Assembly (NCBI GenBank): GCA_024639825.1
Contig: JAHEGH010000002.1
Location: forward strand, 28,575-92,574
Origin: Gammaproteobacteria bacterium
Lineage (GTDB): Bacteria > Pseudomonadota > Gammaproteobacteria > Steroidobacterales > Woeseiaceae
DNA: 64,000 nt
Reading direction: 5' to 3'
In this document: piece after piece, positions 53,895 to 64,000 of the stretch
Position numbering within the stretch: position 1 is the stretch's first letter
Layout of the letters: the number at the start of each line of letters is the position of its first letter
Program-made: the position numbers and the translations under genes
Notes under the pieces: generated by a model
The model's database searches: none
The model's input: the letters and a program-made list of their open reading frames with translations, nothing else
Told to the model about the DNA's origin: nothing

Positions 53895-56339
53895 ATGTCA
53901 AAGAATCTCGTAATTGTTGAGTCGCCAGCCAAGGCCAGCACCATCAGCAAATACCTGGGCAAGGATTTCGATGTTCTGGCCTCGTATGGCCATGTGCGCG
54001 ACCTTGTCCCCAAGGAAGGCGCCGTCGACCCTGATAATGACTTCGCAATGAAGTACCAGGTTATCGAGCGCAATGAAAAGCACGTCAAGGCGATAATTCG
54101 GGCGCTCAAGAAGGCTGACGCGCTATATCTCGCGACTGACCCGGATCGCGAAGGTGAAGCCATTTCATGGCATCTGATCGAGCTGCTCAAGGAGAGAAAG
54201 GCCCTCGACTCGAAACAAGTGCACCGCGTGATATTTCATGAGATCACCAAGCAGGCCGTTCGGGATGCCGTCGCCAACCCTCGCGAACTGTCCGGCGATC
54301 TCGTTGGCGCCCAGCAGGCGCGTCGTGCCCTCGATTACCTCGTGGGTTTCAACCTCTCACCGCTTTTATGGAAAAAGGTACAGCGCGGTCTCAGCGCAGG
54401 ACGCGTGCAGAGCCCGGCGCTGCGGATGATCGTCGAGCGCGAACTCGAGATTGAGGCGTTCAAGGCGCGCGAATACTGGACGATCGAGGCTGACGTCAGC
54501 AAGCAGGAACAACCGTTCACCTCGCGTCTGGTCAGCTATAAGGGTGAGAAGGTCGAACAGTTCAGTTTCGAGAACGAAGACGCTGCGCGAGAAGTAGAGA
54601 AGACCCTGCTCGACGCGGCGGGTGGCGAGTTCAATGTTATCGGCGTGACCAAGCGTCAGCGTCGTCGCAATCCGGCCGCACCGTTTACGACGTCAACCCT
54701 GCAGCAGGAGGCCTCGCGAAAACTCGGATTCAACACACAGCGCACGATGCGCGTTGCGCAGAAGCTCTACGAAGGTATGGAGCTTCCGGGTGAGGGCCAG
54801 GTCGGCCTGATCTCCTACATGCGTACCGATTCGGTGACGCTTGCTAACGTTGCCGTCGACGAAATACGCGACGTCATTGCCGAGCGCTACGGCAAGCAAA
54901 ACGTTCCGGATGAACCGCGCACTTTTAAGAATAAGTCCAAGAACGCCCAGGAGGCCCACGAGGCCATTCGCCCCACATCCGTTGCGCTTATACCCGACGA
55001 GATCAAAGGCTCGCTGGATGAGGATCAGTACAAGCTGTACTCCCTGATCTGGAAGCGCACCATGGCGTGCCAGATGGTTCCAGCCGTCTTCGATACGGTC
55101 GCAATTGAGATGGCTGTTGGTGCTGAAGAAGCGGGACATCGTATGCGCGCCAATGGCTCTGTGCTCGTGGAGCCCGGCTTCATGGCTGTGTACCAGGAAG
55201 GCAAGGACGACTCCAAAGACGACGACGGAGATCGCCTGCTTCCCGAGATCGAGGAGGGCGACACGATCAAGCTCGAAGAACTGCGTCCCGAGCAGCACTT
55301 CACCGAGCCGCCCCCGCGCTTCACCGAAGCGAGCCTCGTCAAAACGCTCGAAGAGTACGGCATCGGCCGGCCTTCGACCTACGCGAGCATCATCGCAACG
55401 CTCAAAAATCGCGAATACGTCGAGATGGATGCCAAGCGCTTCATGCCGACGGACATCGGCCGCATCGTGATCGGCTTCCTGACCGAACACTTTACGCAGT
55501 ATGTCGACTACGACTTCACGGCCAGGCTCGAGGACGACCTTGATGAGGTATCCCTCGGTCATAAGGATTGGGTGCCATTGCTCGACGATTTCTGGCGTCC
55601 GTTCACGAAACTTTGCGAAGAGAAGGAAGAGTCAGTCACACGGGAACAGGTTGCACAGGCCCGTGAGCTCGGCACCGACCCGAAGAGCGGCAAACCCGTC
55701 ACCGTGCGCATGGGTCGTTACGGTCCGTTCGTGCAGATTGGCACCAAGGACGACGAAGAGAAGCCCAAATTTGCCGGGCTGCGCCCCGGTCAGAAGATGA
55801 ACGAGATCGACCTGGCCACGGCGATGGAGTTATTCAAGCTGCCGCGCAAGCTCGGCGAGACGTCCGACGGCCTGCCCGTATCCGCCAGCGTGGGGCGCTT
55901 TGGCCCGTATATCCGCTATGGCGACAAATACGTTTCGATGAAGGAAGACGATCCCTACACGGTGGAACTGCCGCGTGCGCTCGAACTCATCGAAGAGAAG
56001 AAGATTGCCGATGCCAACCGCATCATTCTCGATTTCGAGGAACAGGGCATTCAGGTGCTCAACGGGCGCTACGGACCTTACATCACGGACAAGCAGAAGA
56101 ATGCCCGTGTACCAAAGGATCGGGAGCCCAAAACACTGACGCTCGAAGAGTGCATCGAACTCCTTGCGGCGGCACCGGAGCGTGGCCGCCGTGGCAAGAA
56201 GAAAGTCGCCAAGAAAGCCGCCACCAAGGCTGCGACGAAGAAGAAAGCCACCAAGAAGAAGGCAAAGAAGAAGGCGAAGAAGAAAACCGCCAGGAAAAAG
56301 GCCACCAAGAAAAAGGTGGCCAAGAAAAAGAGCAGCTAA
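53895..56339 (+). CDS. topA: DNA topoisomerase I
   Basis: [52 protein letters not shown]-terminal repeats, Lys-rich tail. Confidence 0.97.
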   Translation: MSKNLVIVESPAKASTISKYLGKDFDVLASYGHVRDLVPKEGAVDPDNDFAMKYQVIERNEKHVKAIIRALKKADALYLATDPDREGEAISWHLIELLKERKALDSKQVHRVIFHEITKQAVRDAVANPRELSGDLVGAQQARRALDYLVGFNLSPLLWKKVQRGLSAGRVQSPALRMIVERELEIEAFKAREYWTIEADVSKQEQPFTSRLVSYKGEKVEQFSFENEDAAREVEKTLLDAAGGEFNVIGVTKRQRRRNPAAPFTTSTLQQEASRKLGFNTQRTMRVAQKLYEGMELPGEGQVGLISYMRTDSVTLANVAVDEIRDVIAERYGKQNVPDEPRTFKNKSKNAQEAHEAIRPTSVALIPDEIKGSLDEDQYKLYSLIWKRTMACQMVPAVFDTVAIEMAVGAEEAGHRMRANGSVLVEPGFMAVYQEGKDDSKDDDGDRLLPEIEEGDTIKLEELRPEQHFTEPPPRFTEASLVKTLEEYGIGRPSTYASIIATLKNREYVEMDAKRFMPTDIGRIVIGFLTEHFTQYVDYDFTARLEDDLDEVSLGHKDWVPLLDDFWRPFTKLCEEKEESVTREQVAQARELGTDPKSGKPVTVRMGRYGPFVQIGTKDDEEKPKFAGLRPGQKMNEIDLATAMELFKLPRKLGETSDGLPVSASVGRFGPYIRYGDKYVSMKEDDPYTVELPRALELIEEKKIADANRIILDFEEQGIQVLNGRYGPYITDKQKNARVPKDREPKTLTLEECIELLAAAPERGRRGKKKVAKKAATKAATKKKATKKKAKKKAKKKTARKKATKKKVAKKKSS

Positions 56340-56428
56340 ACGACGATGTCCGGGTCACTCGCTGCGGATGTTCCGCTGCGCGGCAGGCCTACGGCACGCA
56401 ACTGGAACATCCTGCGACCGCGAACTCC

Positions 56429-57340
56429 ATGAGCAACATCGACGACGTAAAGGCCTACCTCGCGAACCTGCAGAACCGCATCTGTGCAGAGCTCGAGACG
56501 GTGGACGGCAAAGCGACTTTTGCCCGGGATGCCTGGGAACGACCAGGCGGCGGCGGCGGCGAAAGCCGGATTCTGTCAGATGGCGGCGTATTCGAGCAGG
56601 CCGGCGTCGGTTTCTCGCATGTTTTTGGCACGCAGATGCCGCCATCGGCGACCAAAAGCCGTCCCGAGCTCGCCGGCAAGGCTTTCCAGGCTGTCGGGGT
56701 GTCGCTCGTTTTGCATCCGCGCAATCCTTACGTGCCAACAACACATGCCAATTTTCGCTTCTTCACAGCCGGCAAGCGAAATCCTGTCTGGTGGTTTGGC
56801 GGCGGCTTCGACCTTACGCCTTACTATCCATTCCACGATGACGTCGTACACTGGCACACCGTCGCGAAATCGGTGTGCGATCCGTTCGGTAAGGACCTGT
56901 ACCCCCGCTATAAGCAGTGGTGCGATGAGTACTTTTACCTGAAACACCGCGATGAGCCACGCGGCGTTGGCGGCCTGTTTTTTGATGACGTAAACGAGAT
57001 GGGATTCGATAAAAGCTTCGAGTTCATCCGCTCCGCCGCAGACAATTTCCTGAAAGCTTACAGACCGATTGTCGACAAGCGAGTGTCGCACCCTTACGGG
57101 AAACGGCAGCGCGACTTCCAGCAATATCGGCGCGGCCGCTACGTGGAGTTCAATCTGCTCTACGATCGCGGAACGCTGTTTGGTTTGCAGTCAGGCGGAC
57201 GTACCGAGTCTATCCTGATGTCCTTGCCCCCCACCGTTCGCTGGGCCTACAACTGGCAGCCGGAAGCCGGATCGCCCGAGGAAGCTCTGTACACTGATTT
57301 TTTGCGCGCCCGCGACTGGCTTGGGCAAGAAAGCACCTGA
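56429..57340 (+). CDS. hemF: Oxygen-dependent coproporphyrinogen III oxidase
   Basis: [60 protein letters not shown] at 56429. Confidence 0.96.
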   Translation: MSNIDDVKAYLANLQNRICAELETVDGKATFARDAWERPGGGGGESRILSDGGVFEQAGVGFSHVFGTQMPPSATKSRPELAGKAFQAVGVSLVLHPRNPYVPTTHANFRFFTAGKRNPVWWFGGGFDLTPYYPFHDDVVHWHTVAKSVCDPFGKDLYPRYKQWCDEYFYLKHRDEPRGVGGLFFDDVNEMGFDKSFEFIRSAADNFLKAYRPIVDKRVSHPYGKRQRDFQQYRRGRYVEFNLLYDRGTLFGLQSGGRTESILMSLPPTVRWAYNWQPEAGSPEEALYTDFLRARDWLGQEST

Positions 57341-57418
57341 TTCGACGCAACTTTTCGTGTCCTGCAGGCATCCAACCATACACGCACAAAAACTGTCACG
57401 CTCAAGGGAGATTAGGGA

Positions 57419-58561
57419 ATGAGACCTGCGCACCTGTTGGACCAACGCCTTATAGCCGCCGTTGTCGGCGTCACCGTATCACTGCCGGTTCTTGCGGAAG
57501 AATACGATGTCGGCGTGTCGAACAGCGGTGCGACCGCGACGCCCGTTGAGCAGCTGGCGCCAGCGTACCCCGAGGGGCAGATGAATACCGGCCAGGAAGG
57601 CTGGGTCAGGATGCATTTTGTTGTTTCTGCTGAAGGCGACGCTATCGATCCCATCGTCGTCGACTCAAGTGGTGGCCCCAGCTTCGAGGCGGAGGCCCTT
57701 AAGGCCGCCGCCGCCTGGCGATTCGCCCCACCCGCATCGGGTAATGAGGACGGGCACAACCTGGCCAACATTCGCTCCGAGGTGAGCGGCAGCCGCGACT
57801 CGGCTACGAAAAGTTTCCGTCGCGAGCACCAGCGCATCGTTCTCGACCTCGTCAACGAGAAAAATGAGGATGCGCGCAACAAGATCGACGAGCTCCGCGC
57901 AGCGGGCGGCTTCAACACCTATGAAGCCACGATGCTGTGGCTCATGATGGGACGTGTTGAGGGCGTCGAGAACAACGACGCCGGCAAGCTCGAGTGTTAT
58001 CGCCGGGCCCTTGCCGTTAGCACGTCCAGTACGCTGCGTATTGAGAACAAGCTGGGCCTGCTTGAGAAAATTTTCCAGCTTGAGGACCAGTTTGGCCATT
58101 ACTCTGCGGCGCTGCAGACCTTCCGTACGCTGGAAAAAGCGAGCGGCAAGACCGCGGTTGACGAAGAATTGTCCGCGCGTGCCGCGGAAATTCAGGCGTT
58201 TGTCGACAGCGAGGCTGATCTCGTCACTCAGGCAACCGTCTACAATCCCTGCGATTGCGATGCTGGCACCCCACTTTGGTACTACAAGCCGGCGAGACGG
58301 ACATTCTCTTTTGCCAACCTGAGTGGTAACGTCCAAAGCTTTGAAGCACGGTGCGAATATCAGCGCGTCCAGGGTCCGGTTGAAGCTGGCACCAAATGGA
58401 CGCTGGCGCCAGAGTGGGGCAGTTGCCGCGTCTTCGTCTTCGGCGATGACGGTGCAACGTTCGAATTCGTCGAACACCCTGCCGGTGCTGAAGATGGCGC
58501 GCCAAATGCGGTAGCGGAAGACGATGTCCTGGATCGAAGAAGTCGAGGTCAGCGAAGCTGA
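57419..58561 (+). CDS. Secreted TonB C-terminal-domain protein with TPR-like and Cys-containing domains
   Basis: Signal peptide, PAYP...QEGWVRMHFVVS..G...VVDSSG..FE.EAL.A...WRF, helical middle region, C-terminal Cys cluster. Confidence 0.7.
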   Translation: MRPAHLLDQRLIAAVVGVTVSLPVLAEEYDVGVSNSGATATPVEQLAPAYPEGQMNTGQEGWVRMHFVVSAEGDAIDPIVVDSSGGPSFEAEALKAAAAWRFAPPASGNEDGHNLANIRSEVSGSRDSATKSFRREHQRIVLDLVNEKNEDARNKIDELRAAGGFNTYEATMLWLMMGRVEGVENNDAGKLECYRRALAVSTSSTLRIENKLGLLEKIFQLEDQFGHYSAALQTFRTLEKASGKTAVDEELSARAAEIQAFVDSEADLVTQATVYNPCDCDAGTPLWYYKPARRTFSFANLSGNVQSFEARCEYQRVQGPVEAGTKWTLAPEWGSCRVFVFGDDGATFEFVEHPAGAEDGAPNAVAEDDVLDRRSRGQRS

Positions 58562-59084
58562 CGGAAATCTGGCAGAAATTTACGCGCAGCTGAAGAAGCA
58601 GCGCGGCAAGGTCTCCAATATACTCAAGGTTCACAGCCTGAACCCGGCTGCGCTGGGTAACCATCTCGATTTGTATATGACGCTGATGTTCGGCAGGTCC
58701 GGCCTCAGCCGCATGGAGCGGGAAGCCATTGCCGTGGTCGTTTCAGCAAACAACGAGTGTGAGTATTGCGTCAATCACCATACCGAATCCCTGCGTCATT
58801 ACATCGAGGACGAGGAAATACTGACCATGCTAGCGACGGCAGACGGCCTCGAGACCCTCGAGCCGCGGCTCAGCAATGTCGTTCGACATGCCGAAAAACT
58901 CACATCCGCGCCGGGCGCCATGACCGAGAGCGACCTCGGCGAGCTGCGTGCCGTGGGCCTGTCAGACAAGGACATCCTCGACCTTACCCTGATTGTCGGC
59001 TACTTCAATTTCGTCAACCGCATTGCTATGGGGCTGGGCGTCGACTTTTCGGCGGACGAATTGAGCGGCTACCACAACGAATAA
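58524..59084 (+). CDS. AhpD/CMD-family peroxidase-related protein
   Basis: REAIAVVVS..NECEYCVNHH, YFNFVNRIA.GLGV. Confidence 0.88.
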   Translation: MSWIEEVEVSEADGNLAEIYAQLKKQRGKVSNILKVHSLNPAALGNHLDLYMTLMFGRSGLSRMEREAIAVVVSANNECEYCVNHHTESLRHYIEDEEILTMLATADGLETLEPRLSNVVRHAEKLTSAPGAMTESDLGELRAVGLSDKDILDLTLIVGYFNFVNRIAMGLGVDFSADELSGYHNE

Positions 59085-59088
59085 CGCC

Positions 59089-62000
59089 ATGACCCTGCAA
59101 CGCCTGATACTGCTGAGTACCCTGCTGTCGATCGCCGTCGATGGCCTGGCACAAACCGAGTCCGCACTGCGCGACGCAGGCAATGTAACGGTGCAGTTGG
59201 CCGGCCAGGACAACGCGGACGAAACCAGGGTCTATATAGTGCAGCTGCAGTCGCCCTCGGCCGCGGAGCGCCAGGCGTCGCTGGCGATGCCGCGCATGAA
59301 GTTCGACAAGACCAGCGCCTCGGCTAAAGCCTGGGTTGCTGACATTGAGGCGGAGCAGGAGCGTGTGCTTGCCAAGGCCGGGCCGGGCGTAAAACAGATT
59401 TACAGCTATCGATTCGGCCTGAACGGATTCGCCGCCCGCATGAGTGTCACGCAGGCGCAGAAGCTCGAACATCTGCCTGAGGTACTGCACGTCTGGGAGG
59501 ACGAGGTACGCCCGTTGGCCACAAACTACAGCCCGACATTTCTCGGTCTGTTCGATGCCAACACCGGCCTGCGCAGCGTCGAAGGACTCGATGGAGACGG
59601 CGTAGTCATCGGTGTCATCGACAGCGGTATCGCTCCCGAGCACCCGGCGCTGCAGGACACCCGCGAGGCCGATAAACCGCGTGCCTGTAAGAGCAGCTGG
59701 GGCGAGACAACGATTCTTGGCAAATGGCTGTGCCGTGGGTACAAGAAGCTGCCCGATGTTGTAGCCTTCGAGCCGCCGGAGGGCTGGAACGGTGATTGCA
59801 TAGTCGGCGATCGATTTGAAACGACCGACTGCAACAACAAACTGATCGGAGCACGCTGGTATATCAACGGGGCCCTCGAAACCGGCCCGATTGACGCTGA
59901 TGAAATTCGCTCGCCACGCGATGCGGACGGGCACGGTACGCACACGGCAACAATAGCGGCGGGTAATCGTACGAGCGCGTCGCTGTTCGGAACGCTCGTT
60001 GGTGACGTCGAGGGCGTCGCTCCCAAGGCCCGGATTGCCGTTTACAAGGCCTGCTGGCTCCGCCCGGGCGCTACACGGGCGAGCTGCAATACCTCCGACC
60101 TCGCCAACGCCATCGATGCGGCTGTCGCCGACGGCGTCGATGTCATTAGCTACTCGGTCGGAAGCTCCCTGGCACGAACGACCGCACCAGACGACCTGGC
60201 GCTTCTCGCGGCGGCCAAGGCCGGCGTGCTTGCCGTCGTGGCCGCGGGTAACGAGGGGCCGAACCTCGGAACAATCGGCTCTCCCGCCGGTGGGCCCTGG
60301 GCAATCACCACAGCCGCGTCTACGCGCGATGGCGAATCCAATGTAGAGGCAATGGAGATCACTGCGCCGCCGCGGATTGCCGGCAAATACGCCGTGAAGG
60401 AAGCGAATTTCACGCCGCCCCTACAGGACGTCGATCCGATTGAGGCGAGTCTCGTGGCTGTCGATGACGGTGACACCTCGCTCGATACCGGGGAGATCGG
60501 AACCGAAGCCGACGGCTGCCAGCCGCTGCTCAACGGCGACGAGGTGAGTGGCAATATTGCGCTCCTTCAGCGGACCGGCTGCCGTTTCGACGAAATGGTC
60601 AGGAATGCGGCCGATGCCGGTGCCGTTGCTGCCATTGTGTACAACATCGGTCGTGATCCCATCGTCATGAGCGGGGACTCCGGGCTCTCCGACATTCCGG
60701 CACTCATGATCGGGCAGGCTGATGCCAGTCTGATTCTTGCCGAGTTCGACGAAGGTATCTCCGTCACCGCCGTGCTCGACAAGGGCTTCCTGCTGACATC
60801 AAACGACGCCGGCAACACGATGGCCACGTTTTCAGCGCGCGGTCCCGGACCTGTACCCGATATCTTGAAGCCCGATGTGACCGCACCCGGCGTGAATATT
60901 CTCGCCGGGTTTACGCCGGACTCTGCGCATTCAACACCGGGCGAGTTCTTTGCCTACTTGAGCGGCACATCGATGTCGACGCCACATGTCGCTGGCGCAG
61001 CCGCGCTGCTCCGCCAGGCGCACCCTGAGTGGTCGCCCGCCGCGATCAAGTCCGCGCTCATGACGTCCGCTCGCCAGGACATTACAAGTTCAGCCGGCCT
61101 AAGCGACGCGAGCCCGTTCGATTTCGGCGCGGGTCATATCGCGCCTAACGATGCATTCGATCCGGGTCTCGTCTATGACATCACAAACGCCGAATACGAT
61201 GCATACGTTGCGGACATGTCCGGGCTGGCCCGAAACCTCAACCTGCCATCGATCGCGATGTCGAAACTGGCCAGCGCACAAACCGTTACGCGGCGCGTGA
61301 CCAATGTCAGCGATGAGGCCGGCAATTACACAGTAGAGATTTCCGCCCCGCCAGGCATGGACGTTGCTGTTGTGCCAAGCAGTATTTCATTGGCACCCGG
61401 CGAATCGACAACCTTCGAGGTGACAGTCACCTATTTATCGGGGCCGCTCGACCTCTGGCGCTTCGGTTCGTTTACATGGCGATCCGATACGCGTGACGTT
61501 TACAGCCCGATAGCGGTCAAACCGACATCGATTGTCGCGCCCGAAGAAATTACGACCTTTGGCGGCACCGGCACACTGAACTTCGATGTTGAGTTCGGTT
61601 ATTCCGGCGGCTACTCGCCACAGGTTCACGGACTGAACCTGCCGCTGATTATCAACGGCTTCGTCGACAACGATCCGACAAAGACATTCACATTCCGCAC
61701 GGACTCCGGTGTTACGCGACACATAATTTCTGTGCCTGCGGATCAGCTCTACGCTCGCTTCGCGCTGTTTGATGCTTTGACAGACGGTGACGACGACCTC
61801 GACCTGTATGTCTACTACTGCGGCACTACCGGCACCAGTTGCACGAAAATTGGCGAGAGCGGCGAACCAACCTCGCAGGAACGCGTCGATGTATACCGGC
61901 CCGCCGAGGGTCTCTATGCCGTGTTTGTGCACGGCTTCGAAACCGACGAGATTGCGGGCGGACCGGGCGCGAACTACCAGCTGTTGGGGTGGTCCATTGG

Positions 62001-62181
62001 CATCACCGACGACAAGGGCAACATGACAGCCAGCGGTCCGGCATTTGTCAGTGCCGGCACCTCCGGCACCGTGACCGTCAACTGGTCAAACCTGGGCGCC
62101 AATACGATTTACCTCGGCGGCATCTCGCACAACACGCCGCTGGGCCTGTCCAGCCTGACCCTGATCACGATCGGCAACTAG
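59089..62181 (+). CDS. S8 subtilase with I9 propeptide, PA domain and C-terminal beta domains
   Basis: Catalytic D (VIDSG), H (HGTHTA), S (GTSMSTPHVAG). Also CNNKLIGAR, KPDVTAPG, HPEWSPAAIKSALMT, LNLPSI, RRVTNV. Confidence 0.92.
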   Translation: MTLQRLILLSTLLSIAVDGLAQTESALRDAGNVTVQLAGQDNADETRVYIVQLQSPSAAERQASLAMPRMKFDKTSASAKAWVADIEAEQERVLAKAGPGVKQIYSYRFGLNGFAARMSVTQAQKLEHLPEVLHVWEDEVRPLATNYSPTFLGLFDANTGLRSVEGLDGDGVVIGVIDSGIAPEHPALQDTREADKPRACKSSWGETTILGKWLCRGYKKLPDVVAFEPPEGWNGDCIVGDRFETTDCNNKLIGARWYINGALETGPIDADEIRSPRDADGHGTHTATIAAGNRTSASLFGTLVGDVEGVAPKARIAVYKACWLRPGATRASCNTSDLANAIDAAVADGVDVISYSVGSSLARTTAPDDLALLAAAKAGVLAVVAAGNEGPNLGTIGSPAGGPWAITTAASTRDGESNVEAMEITAPPRIAGKYAVKEANFTPPLQDVDPIEASLVAVDDGDTSLDTGEIGTEADGCQPLLNGDEVSGNIALLQRTGCRFDEMVRNAADAGAVAAIVYNIGRDPIVMSGDSGLSDIPALMIGQADASLILAEFDEGISVTAVLDKGFLLTSNDAGNTMATFSARGPGPVPDILKPDVTAPGVNILAGFTPDSAHSTPGEFFAYLSGTSMSTPHVAGAAALLRQAHPEWSPAAIKSALMTSARQDITSSAGLSDASPFDFGAGHIAPNDAFDPGLVYDITNAEYDAYVADMSGLARNLNLPSIAMSKLASAQTVTRRVTNVSDEAGNYTVEISAPPGMDVAVVPSSISLAPGESTTFEVTVTYLSGPLDLWRFGSFTWRSDTRDVYSPIAVKPTSIVAPEEITTFGGTGTLNFDVEFGYSGGYSPQVHGLNLPLIINGFVDNDPTKTFTFRTDSGVTRHIISVPADQLYARFALFDALTDGDDDLDLYVYYCGTTGTSCTKIGESGEPTSQERVDVYRPAEGLYAVFVHGFETDEIAGGPGANYQLLGWSIGITDDKGNMTASGPAFVSAGTSGTVTVNWSNLGANTIYLGGISHNTPLGLSSLTLITIGN

Positions 62182-62621
62182 CTCAACCAGCCTTTCGCTT
62201 TTGCGGCACGCGTATACCAGATCTCGAATACACAGATCACGATGACAACGATCGGCAGCGCTAACCCGGAAGGACCCCACGCCTCGATGGCGTCGCGCAG
62301 TATGATGGCGTCGAGATCCTGAACCAGCACCCCGACCAGCGATATCACGAACAACGGCATCGCCCAGGCCTTGCGCAGCAATAATAGAATTGCGCCGAGC
62401 ACGCCAGCGTTGACCGCGATCGCGTAGCCGGAATGCCCCCAGGCGGGCGTGTTCGTGATGTGTGCCATCTGCTGTGGCGTGAGGCCGAGATCCATCATGA
62501 TTTCCGGCGTCAGCGTCGACTGCTGGTAATAGAACATCAGGCCAATGACGTTCCAGACCAGCAGTGCGCCAGCAATAACCCAGTAAGCGGTTGACGGTTT
62601 ACTTGTTGATTCTTCTGTCAT
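62178..62621 (-). CDS. Hypothetical 4-TM membrane protein
   Basis: YWVIAGALLVWNVIG, PAW, LLLLRK.WA, C-terminal KGWL; ATG at 62621. Confidence 0.7.
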   Translation of the reverse strand: MTEESTSKPSTAYWVIAGALLVWNVIGLMFYYQQSTLTPEIMMDLGLTPQQMAHITNTPAWGHSGYAIAVNAGVLGAILLLLRKAWAMPLFVISLVGVLVQDLDAIILRDAIEAWGPSGLALPIVVIVICVFEIWYTRAAKAKGWLS

Positions 62622-62718
62622 TTTATTCCCCTTCAAGCAATTTTTTAGCTCAGCACCTATACTGGATTGTAATCGGTAATTCTGCCGGGAACGCAAAAAT
62701 TAATGTGAGAATAATAAT

Positions 62719-63498
62719 ATGAAGAAGAAGATTCTCGCAGCGCTCACCGCTGCAACGCTTGTCTTTTACAGCTGGACCACTGCATCTGCTCAGGAAGAGG
62801 AACAGGCCCCGTACGTGGTTCCAGTCGATACGTTTACGTGTAACTACAACGAGGGTAAGGGCCCGGCCGATCTCGAAAAGGCAATCGCGAAGTGGAACAA
62901 GTGGATGGATGGCCAGGGTACCGACACCTATGGCGCCATCGTAATGACGCCCTACTATTACGGCGAAGATTCGTTCGATATTGGTTGGCTCGGCTACTGG
63001 ACCAGCCAGGAGGCCATGGGTGCCGGAATGGATAAGTACCTGGCCGAGGGTGGCGAGTCCGCTCAGGGCTTTAACGACGTCCTGACCTGCGCATCACACA
63101 GTCACTGGGCAACGATCCAACTCAAGGCACCGAGCGCCGCGCAGCAGGAAAAGGGCGTGTTGATGTTCTCGGACTGCAGCATTGAGAGTGAAGACGGATG
63201 GGACGACTTATACGCATCGCTGAAGAAGACCGCGGCCTACATGACCGAGCAGAACTACAACAATGGCATGTGGATGATGTGGCCGGTATTCGGTGCTGGC
63301 GGCGAGTCAACGTACGACTTCAAGTCTGTTACTCACTGGGACAACTACACGGACTTCGGCAAGGCCTACCAGCACCGTGCCAACGGTGGTGGCCGCCAGG
63401 CGCTTAGAGAAATCATGGGCGATCGGCTCGACTGCGATACGTCTCGTGTCTACAACACGAAGACCGTTCGCAACGTTCCTCCACCCGCCGCCGACTAG
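62719..63498 (+). CDS. Hypothetical secreted protein with internal duplication
   Basis: Signal peptide and two similar halves, each beginning with a Cys-containing strand. Confidence 0.7.
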   Translation: MKKKILAALTAATLVFYSWTTASAQEEEQAPYVVPVDTFTCNYNEGKGPADLEKAIAKWNKWMDGQGTDTYGAIVMTPYYYGEDSFDIGWLGYWTSQEAMGAGMDKYLAEGGESAQGFNDVLTCASHSHWATIQLKAPSAAQQEKGVLMFSDCSIESEDGWDDLYASLKKTAAYMTEQNYNNGMWMMWPVFGAGGESTYDFKSVTHWDNYTDFGKAYQHRANGGGRQALREIMGDRLDCDTSRVYNTKTVRNVPPPAAD

Positions 63499-63526
63499 GC
63501 AAAATTTGCTGCGCTAACTGATCTTC

Positions 63527-63564
63527 GCGCACGGCAGGTGGCCTGACCGTCACCTGCTGTGCGC
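63527..63564. terminator. Hairpin between convergent genes
   Basis: GCGCACGGCAGGTGG ... TCACCTGCTGTGCGC stem. Confidence 0.55.
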
Positions 63565-63593
63565 CAGATTGCAGTTCGTGCAATCGCGCACAA

Positions 63594-64000
63594 TCACAGC
63601 TTGAGGTCGCCGCTCGCCCTCAGCTGCTCAGCCCGCAGAGCCTGGGCGGCCATATCGTCACGGATGTGTTGCCGCAAACGCTGAAACTCGGGGTCACCAC
63701 GGATCGAATCGAGGTTCGGGTCGTAATCAAGGAGAACCCACGAAAACACCCGCCAGCCCTGATCAATTGCTTCGCGTAACGCCGCCAGCGCCATTTTCGT
63801 ACGGCCCTGCAATGCGTAAATCTCAACATCGATGATCCAGGAACCCTCCGTACCCATACGCGGTACCGTTTCAACGACGGCAAGCGCTCCCTCCAGCAGG
63901 TCGTCGGCCCGCTCGGATTGGTCAAGGTGCATCAGGACAAGCGCCAGATCCACAGCGGCGAAATAATTATCGCGGTCCACAACAGGTCTCTCATTTTCTG
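63594..64000 (-). CDS. C-terminal part of a TPR-like protein (5' end outside window)
   Basis: IYALQG..ALAALREAIDQGWR, DPNLDSIRGDPEFQ C-terminal motif; frame is open to the window edge. Confidence 0.75.
   Translation of the reverse strand, partial: ENERPVVDRDNYFAAVDLALVLMHLDQSERADDLLEGALAVVETVPRMGTEGSWIIDVEIYALQGRTKMALAALREAIDQGWRVFSWVLLDYDPNLDSIRGDPEFQRLRQHIRDDMAAQALRAEQLRASGDLKL

Noticed and set aside
56164..56841. Arg/Pro-rich 225-aa ORF
   Set aside because: It is an alternative frame of the topA lysine tail and hemF.

Overview
This is a GC-rich, gene-dense chromosomal segment from a Gammaproteobacterium; gene content and order suggest a Woeseiaceae-like marine lineage (inference). Most of it is housekeeping: rpoH, gcdH, gltBD, hemH, pntAB, priA-argS-SPOR, ntrYX-rsmB-fmt-def, LysM-dprA-smg-topA-hemF. 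It also carries three MATE transporters, a proteobacterial dedicated sortase locus (class GN sortase, VIT-vWA substrate, pdsR/pdsS; no pdsO seen), an ECF sigma operon with a candidate autoregulatory promoter, a small accessory block with an internally deleted M23 peptidase, and a plant-type subtilase. I saw no rRNA, tRNA, CRISPR array or transposase. The most unusual signal is a family of 22-bp GTGG-type REP-like hairpins (GTGGGAGGGCCTTCAGGCCCGA / GTGGGAGCGGCTTCAGCCGCGA) that I found by eye only inside protein-coding genes, in frame. They add about 20 aa to Fmt, form a doublet preceded by an 18-bp tandem amplification in a CapA-family lipoprotein linker, and persist as decayed relics in the SPOR/FtsN-like linker. 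This resembles Rickettsia palindromic elements that create protein sequence. All calls come from reading the sequence; no searches were run.
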